The notes beneath the pieces are model-generated. The model was not told where the DNA came from. It saw nothing but the letters and a program-made list of their open reading frames with translations, and made no database searches. From NCBI RefSeq assembly GCF_009914755.1, contig NC_060927.1: 64,000 nucleotides of DNA. One strand, 5' to 3'. A program made the translations under genes and the position numbers. Positions 1 to 11,415 of the stretch are shown piece by piece (position 1 is the first letter of the stretch; the number at the start of each line of letters is the position of its first letter). This stretch comes from the human T2T-CHM13v2.0 reference genome, Homo sapiens.

Positions 1-198
<198 letters not shown>

Positions 199-2294
199 TC
201 AGAGCTTCCAGGTGGACATTATCTTTGGAGGGGCCACCTTCAACCTGATGTCTTTTCCTGAAATTACAGATTATTTATCTTTGGCCACTTGTGGTTGTGA
301 CCTGGTGTCCCATCCAAATGACACACTTCACCTGGAACATGTTTGAAAACATGTACGAGTTTTGTTAGTGTCTTACTGTTATCATTAGCAGCTTTTATTG
401 AGCTTTTATTTTCTAGGAATTTGGGGCCCCAGTGTGGGCAGTCAGCTCTCCTCTGGAGCCCTCTGGCCAATCCGTCACCTTACAGCCCTGGGGCTGATCC
501 TGCTCCTACCTGAGTATAGTCTGTGCCCACAGCATCAGACCTTTCTGTTCTTGATACTTGCTTCCTCCTTCCATGTAGGGTTGGCTTATTCAGAGCCATC
601 CTACTTAGAGACATATTTGTACACTGTTTTATAAAAGGTATTAGTGGCAGAAACAGCAGTCATACACATCCACCTCTGCTGCTTCCTAAAATGGATTAAA
701 AATAACTTCCTAATATATTCTCCCTTCCTTTATATATCAGTTGCCCTGTTCACTTGGTTGCCCTTTTCATTTTGATAGTCATTGAAGATTCATGGCCTTT
801 ACAGACTCACCTTGTCTCTTCTAACCGTTATTAACTCTGTACTCTTTTGGATATTCAAATTGTCACAACACAGTGCATGGTACGTGCATGGTAGTCCTTT
901 TAAGATGGCTTTTATATACCTTATCACTTCTACCTCAGACCTTTTGAAGTGGTCTTTGCTTTCTTGAAACCTGGTGTTGCAGGTCCCTCTTGATTTTTCC
1001 CTGCCCGAAGACTTGGAATCAGCCACTCTACAAGGAGCCCTGTTAAGGTCTAACCTAAATCTGGGCACCAGAATGTTGACTTGCTGCTGATGGATTGGAG
1101 GGCTGTCCTTGTTGAGCCACTTGTGTGACAGAGCTGGAAAGAGTTGTTTTGTTTGTTTGTTTTTAATATCATGAAGTTACATAGATATTTTCAGTTTAAC
1201 TCTCACTTTCCTGATCATTTATTTTGTTCTTTAAAAAAAAAAAACTTCTCAATTTGTTTTCTCTGTGAGGTGCTAACTTGAATCTTTATCTTCTTTAATT
1301 GTACCTCTTCTTTTTTTTTTTTTTCTTTCAAATTCCATTAGCAAATAATCCTTGGATGCTTTTTCATTCACTTATTGAGAAGTGGAAAAGGCTTAGGACG
1401 GGGATCATTCCTGGTTTATATCCAGATGCTTTTGGTATTCTCTGTGCAATCCTGGGCAAGTGACTTAAGCCACTAAGACCCCTTTCCTTGTCTCCACAAT
1501 GAGGGAGCCATTAGGTCGCAGGGGTCTGAGGAGTAAGTGAGATATAAAGTATTAAATGCCAGGTATACAGTCAGCACTTTCTAAATGGGGCAGCCGAAGA
1601 TGCGGTGACTAAGGAATGGCTGACCAGTGGCTGTGAGGCTTACCCGAGACGGCTCCTGGGACCTGTTTTTATTCCTGACTTTCTAGTGGCAGTGATGGAG
1701 GAGTGTCAGGTCATGGTAGGGAGGAGGCTGCTTTTTCGGCTGCAGTAAACCTGGGCCGAGGGAGGGCTGTAACCCTCAGGAGTGTTGGGACTCTTGGTGT
1801 GAAGGAAAGTGGATTTGATGTCAGATAGACTTGGATTTTAATTGTGAAACTCTTCACAGAGCTATGGACAGATTACTTTGTCTTTCCAAGCATATGAAAT
1901 ACTTTTGGTGTAGTTCACTTTGAAATTGCTTGAAGCTCGTAAAAATCACCCCTAAATGATGCTGTTTCCTTTGTGCTTATTTATACATTGTTTTGTTTCT
2001 TTCCTATTTTCTTAAAAAGTGAATTGGATATGTGCAGCTTTGGACTTAATTCAAGCTGTGCTCAATAATGTATTGTCACTGTTTAGAAATGGTGCCTCGC
2101 TCCCTACCTCACCCCACCTGTCACTCCTGCTCATTACTGTGAACTCAGTGCCTTTGAATCAGTTATGTTGGAAAAAGCTTATAAATGGCATTTCTACCTC
2201 ATTTCCCTAATTGTAGCTTAGGAATTTGTACCCCCTTTTTAATTGTTCATTTCCTGGCTTATTTCCCTTAAAAAAAAAAAGAAAGATTAGAGTG

Positions 2295-2530
2295 ATGAAG
2301 ATGATCACAACTAACATTTATTGCAAACTCTCTTTGTCCCAGGCACTGTGCTAAGTGCTCTGCCATACACTAATTGATTATAGCTTCCCCTGTCTCTGTG
2401 GAATGTATTATAATCACCCCCATTTAGCAGATGAGACTGATGTTATCTAATAAGGTCACAGACATGGAAAACAAAGAGCCTGTACCAAACCTCAGACCAT
2501 CTGACTCCAAAAGCCCATGCTCTTAACTAT
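2295..2530 (-). mobile_element. MIR SINE
   Basis: CCAGGCACTGTGCTAAGTGCT...CCCCATTTAGCAGATGAG...TCTGACTCCAAAAGCCCATGCTCTTAAC. Confidence 0.7.
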
Positions 2531-2685
2531 GAAATCTGTTATTTTTTACTTGTTTTATGGTAATGGGGTAGGAATAAAATGTTAAAAAAATTCATAGTGC
2601 TGTAAGGTAAATGTGCCAAGTATTATTTAAGGGGTTTCTATCAAAACAAAAAAGCAAGCAAATAAGGGATTTGTATCCTTGTATA

Positions 2686-4418
2686 TTTTTTTTTAACTTT
2701 AACAAAATTTATTCTTATAATTTGAGAATATATTGTTCCATATAAATTGTATTATTTCATTAAAATGTATTTGTTTCTTGTTTCTGTTACATATAAAATT
2801 GTACTGGAGAAAACATGTGCAAAGAGATGGCTAGGATTTCAGTAAAAGACAAAGGTTTATAGTGAAAGCTAATCTTTTATATAGCTCTTGGGATTAGTTG
2901 AACCCTGCTGAAGTATTACATTTCTTCAATTATTCTAAATTTCATAGAATGTCAGTTTTTCTATGTCTATTATATTTAAGTAATATTCATTGCATTGTTC
3001 TTTTATTTTTTAATTATACAAGTAATACATGCGGATTGATTGGTAAAAAGTCTTGCAGTCTGTAAGCAAGACACACAGTCATAATCTTCCACCTCCTCGC
3101 CTCCCCAAAGGAGCTACTTTAACATTTTAGTATCTATTTTCTTCTAAAAAGATATATGCAGTTTTGAAAATTGAACAACTGCCTAATTAAGAATGGGCAA
3201 AGGGAGCCAACCGTGGTGGCCCACGCCTGTAATTCCAGCACTTCGGGAGGCCAAGGTGGGCAGATCACTTGAGGTCAGGAGTTTGAGACCAGCCTGGCCA
3301 ACATGGTGAGACCCCATCTCTACTAAAAATACAAAAAATTAGCTGGGTGTGGTGGCACACACCTTTAATCCCAGCTACTTGGGAGGCCGAGGCATGAGAA
3401 TCCCTTGAACCTAAGGTCAGAGGTTGCAGTGAGCCAAGATTGTGCCACTGCACTCCAGCTTGGACAACAGAGTGAGACTCTGTCTCAAAAAAAAAAAAAA
3501 AACCTATGTGCGTTTTTGAACAAAGATCTTTGATATGATTTGTAAACAATAAAAAATTTATGCATTACATTTTCATGCCTTAGCATAATTTTCAATTGCT
3601 GAAACTCAAAAACATGTTGATGTTACTTGATTTTGTTTACATCTGATTTACTTTTCTGTAAGTAGATATAACTTTTCAAAAATGTAGTCAATTTGCCAAC
3701 TTTCATGTTGTTCTTCAAAACCATCAATCATCTCAAGACAATGAATATTGCATATTGTACTGAACAACCTTTCAATTTCAGCATGTGGAACATAAGCTAG
3801 TGGGCCTGCATGTTTAGTTGGGTCATAAGAAAGAACACACTCGAGGTACTGAAACCCTTTTCCCAGTAGGGACAACATTGTATCTGCATAGTGTTTGAAA
3901 TCTCCTAGATTAATGGCAGCCAGTGCTCCTCTATCCCAAATTCTGTCAAATTTGTCGATATGTGTTTGGGGAAGATAATAAATGCTGCAACAGTACAATG
4001 AAATGTTCTCTGAAGAACTCTTAAATACTTTGGCTTCAGGAACTTTGCTAATTGGTTCTTCTGAGTAAGAAAGATTCTGCTCTGTAAAAAATTCTTGTAT
4101 CCCAAGTGCACTGATTTATACACCAACTACATTGTGTCCTTGGTCTGCAAACCATTTCATCTCAACAAGGAGGAAAAAATACCTTCAGTCTACTCTCACC
4201 TTTAAGAAAAGTATCCAAATGCGTCTTCAATAGCTGATGTCCTTGTTCTTGATGAAAAGCAATATTGCCGTTCACCCACTTGTCTTGCCATTCTTCCAGA
4301 GTTCGTACTTGGTTTTCCTGACCTCAGTATTGGGATACTTTTCCATATCAAATGAAGCTCTTGTATCATCCATAGTTTCATAGACACCATTGTCTCATAA
4401 ATGTATGTTTTTTAATGC
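2686..4418 (-). pseudogene. Processed (intronless) pseudogene of thiopurine S-methyltransferase (TPMT), including 5'UTR piece, CDS remnant (ATG 4373 to TAA 3648), 3'UTR and poly(A) remnant
   Basis: Minus strand reads [18 protein letters not shown]...[12 protein letters not shown]...[29 protein letters not shown]...[10 protein letters not shown], which is TPMT without introns. Lesions: 1-bp deletion near 4320, ~11-bp deletion removing CGKA near 4166, and in-frame TAA at 4116-4118. AATAAA on - at 2708-2713 followed by A9 (T-run 2686-2694). Interrupted by an Alu at 3205-3502. Confidence 0.93.
3205..3502 (+). mobile_element. AluS inserted in the TPMT-pseudogene 3'UTR
   Basis: Full dimeric Alu with A16 tail. 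Confidence 0.95.
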
Positions 4419-4505
4419 CTTTACTGGTTTATTACAAAGGATACTGTGAAGGATACAGATGAAGAGGCTCCAGGAACCTCCATGTGTTCAGCTATTAGGA
4501 AGTTT
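4419..4505 (-). mobile_element. MER21-type ERV LTR fragment abutting the 5' end of the TPMT retrocopy
   Basis: GGTTTATTACAAAGGATACTGTGAAGGATACAGATGAAGAG and CTCCAGGAACCTCCATGTGTTCAGCTA resemble the recalled MER21 consensus; family assignment is from memory. Confidence 0.6.
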
Positions 4506-4552
4506 GTCTGACTTTCATGTGATGCTTTGAGGAGTTTGCATTTCCTGTTCCT

Positions 4553-4857
4553 TTATTTTATTTTTTTAGTTTTTGGGGTAAGGTCTCACTCTGTCACCCA
4601 GGCTGCAGTGCAGTGGCATGATCACATCTCACTGCAACTTTGAAGTCCTGGGCTCAGGTGATCCTCCAGCTTCAGCCTCCCAAGTAGCTGGGTCTACAGG
4701 CATGTGCTACCACATCTAGCTGGTTTTAAAATTTTTTTGTAGAGATGAGATTTGGCCATGTTGTCCAGGTTGTTCTTGAACTCCTGGCCTCAAACTATCC
4801 TTCCTTCTTGGCCTCCCAAAGTGGTAGAAGTACAGGCATGAGCCAATGCAACCAGCC
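4553..4857 (-). mobile_element. AluJ
   Basis: Diverged dimeric Alu. Confidence 0.9.
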
Positions 4858-6025
4858 CTCTGGTTCCTTTATTAAATCATTTTGCAAATTCTTGTTGGAC
4901 CTTCCCCACCCTAATTGGATTGAACTGGCGAACGTTGCTGATTTTTTAGGAGTTTGTTGTTAACTATTTGCCTGTTTATAAGGCCCATCATCATCTTTTT
5001 AGAAATACCTTAAGGTATCTCAGAAAACCTCGGGACACCGGACTCCATTCACCTGTCTTGAGGTGAACATCTGAGGGGCTGTTTGGGAGCTTGCAGTGGG
5101 GCTCTTGAGAGGCACCATCATGGCCAGAGATAGGACAATATTAAAGACTAGAGGGAGAGATGAGATGTGTCAGATAGCAGGGGCAGTTATAAGAAAGGAA
5201 TTAAAATCATTTCTGCTGACTTTAAATAGTCACAAGTCCTAGAAAACTGAAAATGTATATTCAAGTTGGGATCAGGGAGAGGGAATAAAGTAAGTGAGGG
5301 AGGCTATGGGATCTGATATATACTTTGACCAGAAAGAATGTGCAGTTTGGTTGGGAGTGTCTTGGAGGAGGAAGAGATGATGACAGAGGGGCACAGGTCC
5401 TCCAGGGTGTAAGTGGTAGCCAGGAGACAGCAGGGCCAGGGATGGTGTCATTCCCTTGTCTCCTACATTTTCTGAACTTTTCTGGAATCCTATTAACAAT
5501 TTTAGCCAAAATTCATCATCAGCATCAGTGGTTCCACTGCAGCATGCGGGGATGGTTTCTTTGTCTGCTTGTGGTTTGGGCCCCTGCCTTTAACTTCTCT
5601 TTTCCCTCCGGGACTTGAGGCTCTGTTATCCATAGTGAGTGCCAAAGGGTTGGATCCTTGCAGTCCACAAGAGGACAGGACCTGCTCTCACTAAAGGCTG
5701 GGCCAAATGGGGTTGGCCAGCCACCTGGCAAGTGGGAAGGTCTGATGTGGTATCCTGCCCAGGTGTGCAAGCAAGGCCCAATGATAAGGGCCAGACATGG
5801 CTGTAACATGAGGAGAGGGTACCCCAGAGCAGAGAGAGATTTCTTTGAGGACCTCACAACACAACGTTACAGGCTCTTCAGCTTCCAGTGATTTAGGAAG
5901 ATTGAGATGGATCGATACAAAGTATGGATTCCATCTAAGATTCTCTATATAAGATGTGTGTGTCTATGTGATTTTCCTTTAAATTTCTATTTTACACACA
6001 GAAGCAGACATACACATACATAGAA

Positions 6026-6049
6026 ACACACACACACACACACACACAC
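6026..6049. repeat. (CA)n microsatellite
   Basis: Visible repeat. Confidence 0.9.
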
Positions 6050-6143
6050 TATTATCTGTATATATGCTGCTGTTGACACCAACAGATACTTACAGTACCT
6101 GGCCAAGAGGACAATGAAGTAAATAAGTAGTTTTGGTTTAGGG

Positions 6144-6361
6144 CAAGGTTCTCAACCAAGCAGTTTTATATCCAGGGGACATTTGGCAATGTCTGGAGAC
6201 ATTTTTGGTTGTCACATCTTGGGGGTGGAGGGTAGTGCTACCTGCGTTTAGTGGGTAGGCACCAGGGTTGCTGTTAAACATCCTGCGATGCCCAGAATAG
6301 CCTTCCACAGCAAGAATTACCTAACCTCAAATGTCAATAGTGCTGAGGTTGAGAGACCCTG
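6144..6361. mobile_element. MER20 (hAT-Charlie MITE)
   Basis: GGGGACATTTGGCAATGTCTGGAGACATTTTTGGTTGTCAC core, terminal inverted repeats, 8-bp TSD GTTTAGGG/CTTTAGGG. Confidence 0.85.
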
Positions 6362-7099
6362 CTTTAGGGAATGAAATTCAACCTATAGGATAGCCTAGAA
6401 TCTGTCTTATTATCCACTACCTTGTTTTATTATGAATATTTCAAACATATCAAACATTTAGAACTAATATTAACTGTATTTTTTAAGGAAATAAAACATA
6501 TGGGTGCATTTATAAGGAAAGTTTTAAAACCTCATTTCCTCACTCCTTCCCCAGAGGCAACTAACTTCCTGCAGGTGGACTTTTTTCTTCTAGTGTGCAC
6601 TTTAACGCCTTGATTACACATGTACGTGTCCATGAAACAGCATATTGTACTGCACAAGCCCTTTGTGATGGCGCCCTCCTCTATTTGTATGTGACAGGCT
6701 GTTTTTCTAGAAGTTTGAGCAAAAGCATGAGCAGAGAATAGTAGTGCATCTAAGTGAAAATGTTTCCATTTTCTAAGTAATTTACATTTCCTTTAAGTGG
6801 TGGTCAAAAATTATAGAAGATGTTTAATGTGTGAAATCAGGTTGAGGAAAGGAAACCAAAAGTAATGATTTGCAGATTTTAAAAGGTGGCAGATTTCAAA
6901 TCCAGAGTCTTCTTTCTATCGTGACCCAAAGTAGGGTGAATAAGCTTGTCCTTACGTTTCTTGAAGGTGATGATGGTGCTGACCCCTCTGTCTCTCCCTT
7001 GCCTGTACCCTTTCTTTTCCCTGCCTGGCATCTCTCAGCCTCTGCTGCCAGCATCCTTGGAAGACATTTCCTCCATCTCTGCATCATTTTTCAGAGCCG

Positions 7100-7200
7100 G
7101 CCAGTTTCTATGGCAACGGTTAGATTGAAAGATGAGCGGCGAGCAGGAGACGAGGCTTGAGTGAGACAGCCAGTGGTGGTGTGTGTCTCTGACGTCACCC
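7100..7200 (+). promoter_or_regulatory. TRAK1: Promoter region of TRAK1 alternative first exon A: RFX X-box plus full CRE
   Basis: GTTTCTATGGCAAC (7104-7117) and palindromic TGACGTCA (7190-7197), with locally raised CpG, 340-430 bp upstream of ATG 7538. Confidence 0.65.
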
Positions 7201-7537
7201 TCTAGGCGTCTGGATAGGACGATCCTGGCTACTCCCATTCAGGGCTGCTGTCCAGTGCTGCTTTATTGGCAGTGCTGCCAGGGTCTCCGTTAGCTCTCTG
7301 CAAATTGCCTTCCTTTCTGCTCCTCCTACTCCCTCCTTCCCCCATAGAATTTTTCTTTTCATTGCCCACTTTACTGTTTTGGCTCCAGACTGTCGTTAAG
7401 AATGTACAGCCTAATTCTGGTGTGTTTCGGGATATTCTTCTGTCCAGTATTCTGGAAGGGCGGGGAGGCATGGCAGCGTTTTACTTGACGTTGATGGTGC
7501 TGTGAAGTCCATTCTTTCCTCTGCAAGACTACTGACT

Positions 7538-7601
7538 ATGCAGAAATTTATCGAAGCGGATTATTATGAACTAGACTGGTATTATGAAGAATGCTCGGAT
7601 G
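7538..7601 (+). CDS. TRAK1: TRAK1 alternative first coding exon A (MQKFIEADYYELDWYYEECSD+G, phase 1)
   Basis: ATG with A at -3, 21 codons + 1 nt, donor G|GTAATT; joins 34812 in frame (G|TT = Val-LCAERV). Peptide matches a recalled TRAK1 isoform N-terminus. Confidence 0.9.
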
Positions 7602-10451
7602 GTAATTATGGCCCCTGCAAAACAGAGCCGGGATGTATAGGGGTATTGTCTCCTTCTGGGTGGGGGGTGTCCTGAAACCTTTAGGGGAGACAGGCGGCTG
7701 GCGGGTGGGAGGTACCAGAACTAGCACCACTGGCTCTGGCAATTCCAAAGGCATGGTGGAGGAGGTGGCAGGTGGGCAGGGCTCTTTACCGTGAAAGACT
7801 CCTGCAGTATGTATGATTGTTTGCTTAGAAGGGGAGATGGTTTTTGGTGTGCTGGGCTTGTAAGTGTTATACTTCTATTGGATTGAATTTTCTCTGGTGT
7901 GAGACGTGAGTGTGTTGTTGATGCATGAATGTGTGCAAGTGGAAATGTGTTCACTGCGCTCTTGCTGTTGGAGGGGATAGGAAACTGGGGGCTTGGAATA
8001 GTGTGTTCAGGAGGTGGCTTCCTGGACTGTCAGCAGCAGGCCTGGAAGACTGCCCTTTTCTGAGCCCAGACCTGGGAACCATCAGAGGCTGGAGAAAAGG
8101 CAGAAGCAGCTTACCACTTAGCGGGTGATTCAAATGAAGTTTGCTTGTTGGATCCAACAGAGATGGGGGTGGGGAGGTGATGGGAGGGGCAGGGAAAGAA
8201 TGTGTCCTTCTGTCACTACCTTGGTTTGTGCAGGGAGGGTGTGGCACATTCCAAGGGAGACTGGGTGGAGGCCAAGTTGTGTGGCTGGACAGGTCTCAGG
8301 AGGTTTCAAGCACACAGAAAACAGCACTGAGGTGCGTTCTCAGAGACATCACAGTGGGCGGGGTCTCAGGTTCCTGGGGTGTTGGACATCAAAATTGTGT
8401 ATTACACAGTTAATCTGTCTTTAATTTTGTCTTGAAAGTGACCCTCATATCACATGCCTTCACAAAAAAGGGGCCCAATTAATATATACACTTTGAGGGT
8501 CTGTTCCCCAGTGATGATATGTTCCCAGCCCTATATGAGCCATTAATAGATAAGGTAAGTGCTTTTTAATTGAGTCGGGAGTTTCAGAATGCTCTATTCC
8601 TGACTACATTTGATTAACCTGAATGATGTAACAGGCTGGGACCTGGCCTAGTTAGTAAACTGAAAAACTACATAATTATCTCTTATCCACTGATTTTTGC
8701 CGCGACTGTGGGTTAAGGCTTTCTCAGGGGATGGTATTTAAATGTGTGGAAAAACTATGCCAGTTCAATCTCACTGGCCCCCAGCTTTAGATGCAGACAT
8801 TGTCATGTTCGTTCTGTGTACATCTTTAACTATCTTGAGTAACAAGGATTGGAGGCAGTTCCCAGGGTCATGAGGGGAAAAGATGAGTGAATTTTTTCTT
8901 TGGAATATATTCATTCTAAAAGCAAGTTCCCATTCTGTTACCTAACTCCAAAAGGAAATTCTAGAGATGCTCCTTTTTGGAAACCATCATTGACCTCCTT
9001 CTAGTTTCCTTGGTGATTTGTGACTCATTGAACCCTCTATAACTTTTTAAAGTAAGGGATTGAATACATCCTCACTGTACCATTGGATTAGGGAGCACTG
9101 GTTACAGCAGGGTGCTGTCAGAGGCCCCGTGGATTAGTCAGGTGGGGCCATAGCTCTGTGGATGCCATCCTAGAAGTGGAGGAAGAAGGTTTCCTAATAC
9201 CATGACCCAAATGCCACACCATCCAGTTCCCTTTACACCCTGAAATAAAGCCAGTCGCTTGCCATGGTCAATCTGGAGGGTGAGCGGAGGCCTGCTCTTA
9301 TCTGGGTATCCATCAGAAGGATTTTCTTACCCAGCACTTCCTCAGTTGAGTCTTTTGGCCCTGAGAGACCCTGATCTGTCTTCCTCTAAGAGCAAAGGAA
9401 AATAGAAGAGGAGATGGCTCAACTGTTCAAGGGTAAATATATTGATTTATTTATTTCTGAATTATTGTTATTGTCTGAATGTATGTTGAGCAAAATACTT
9501 GTCCTTTATCATCTATCCCATTTTGGATGAAGGGAAGAAGGTTTTTGAGACAGAATTTACTGGGACCACTGGTATTTTCATACTCCCATTTAAAGAGGTA
9601 GCAAAGTAGGGAATAAAGGAACAGAAGTCCAGAAATAAACTGGTTTAGGAAACGTACAAAAAGGAGATTTCAATTATGTGCCAATTTTGTGGTTACTTGC
9701 TTACACATTTCTAACTAGTTGAGTTCCTTCCTAGCTTCAGGCAGATTAGTCTGGAAATGAAATTTGCCCCTGTTTATATGTACCTGTCTTTTATTTGCCT
9801 CTGTCTTTTTTATTGCAACTCAATAGACACACACCATTGCTTTGTCTCTGATTATTTGGCATTTGAATCGTCAATGAGGGAAGCTTTTACAGAACTTTTG
9901 ATACTAATAAAAGGTGAGTCAAATGTTTTAAAAAAGATGCAGAATCATCATTTATGTCAGAGCTACTGACTCACACTTAAATTGCAGTGTTAGCACTGAA
10001 AAAGAAATGTATATGGATGGGAATATAGATTGCAGGCCAATTAGGACCCCTCTTTTGAAGTTGGAATTGAGGGATAGCTACTGTTCTCTTCTATCTTTGA
10101 GGGTTAGGAGAACTTTATTCAGTGTTGAATAACTGTATTCCTCCTGTTTATTAATGTTTGTTGTGGGGGTCTTCTATTCAGCACCCATCTCTGCCTGTCC
10201 TGCTCCCCCGCCCCCAGAGGAGGATATAATAAGAGGCATGGGACAGGGGCTTATAATAATAAGACATGGGAGGGGTTGATTACCCAGTGTCTTCAAGTAA
10301 CTTTTACGAGAGATTTGAAATAGCCAGCGATCAATGCAAAATAGCAATGGCCTTGGCAGAATTTGCACATACATACTCAATGTTTACAGTTTAAACTCTG
10401 GTGTCAGACAGGGTCATAGTTACCCCGATTGGATGCATCCCATCTCTGGTG

Positions 10452-10610
10452 CAGAACCTCTAAAACTTGGGAAATCATTGAAAGTCATCTGCTTATTAAA
10501 AAAGCAGATTCTCAGACTCACATCAGACTAGGAGAAGTCCTGAGAAATCTAAATTTTTAGCACATGCTTTGGGGGATTCTTTACATCACGTGTGTTTGGG
10601 AAACTGTGCT
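10452..10610. mobile_element. MER5-type hAT MITE (degenerate)
   Basis: TTAAAAAAGCAGATTCTCAG...GGGGATTCTTTACA...TTTGGGAAAC pattern. Confidence 0.5.
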
Positions 10611-11120
10611 GATTGATGTCCATGGAAAGCAGCCTCAGGCATGGGGAGGGGCTGGAAAAGAATTATTTAGGTCAGTTTCGGGATCTTAGATTGTTTCTTG
10701 GCTACACTGGCCACTTTTTAAAGTGTGCTTAGAAAGAGTATGACACCTTTTTAATTTTCAAAAGGACTTGGGTTCAGTGTATGTCCTTATGTTAAAGAAA
10801 CAGCCCTCTTTGTAGTTACTCTAGAAATAGGTAGAATGGCAGAAAGAGCGCTGGCTGTCTGTGTTTGAGGCCTGTTTTGTACTTCATGTGGCCATGTGGT
10901 ATGGGAACATCCTGGGATTTCTGTGAGCCTCTGTGAACTCAGATTCCCCATCTGGAAAACAGGAGTAACAACACTGGTTGGAACCTTTATGGAGTGTAAA
11001 TAAAGTGATAGCTCTTTGTAAGCGACGAAGAGCCAGGTCAGTGTTTAATTTTATTTTCTCAGAAATAGTACTAGTTATTAAGGCCTTTAACAAAAAAAAA
11101 TCTTTGAAAAGGCTAATGGG

Positions 11121-11415
11121 GGCCTGGTATAGTGTGTCATGCCTGTAAGCCCAGCATTTTGGCAGGCTAAAGGGGGGAGGATCACTTGAGGCCAGGAGTT
11201 TGAGAGCAGCGTGGGTAACATGGTGACATCCTGTCTGTACAAAAAATAAAAACATTAGCTGAATGTGGTGGCATGCGCCTATAGTCCCAGCTACTCGGAA
11301 GCTGAGGTGGGAAGATTGTTTGAGCCCAGGAGGGTGAGGGAAGCTATAATTATGCCACTGTACTCCAGCCTGGGCGACAGAGTGAGATCCTGTCTTAAAA
11401 AAAATAAAAAAAAAA
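11121..11415 (+). mobile_element. AluJ
   Basis: Diverged dimeric Alu. Confidence 0.9.

Noticed and set aside
3648-3998. Functional TPMT paralog, or pseudogene mimic of the TPMT*3B/*3C alleles
   Set aside because: The ORF starts at TTG, the N-terminal SAM-binding motif is deleted, and the residues equivalent to A154 and Y240 are reference-like.
9757-9969. 70-aa ORF with signal-peptide-like start (MKFAPVYMYLSFICLCLFYC)
   Set aside because: Hydrophobicity is explained by T-rich intronic composition; no other coding signals.
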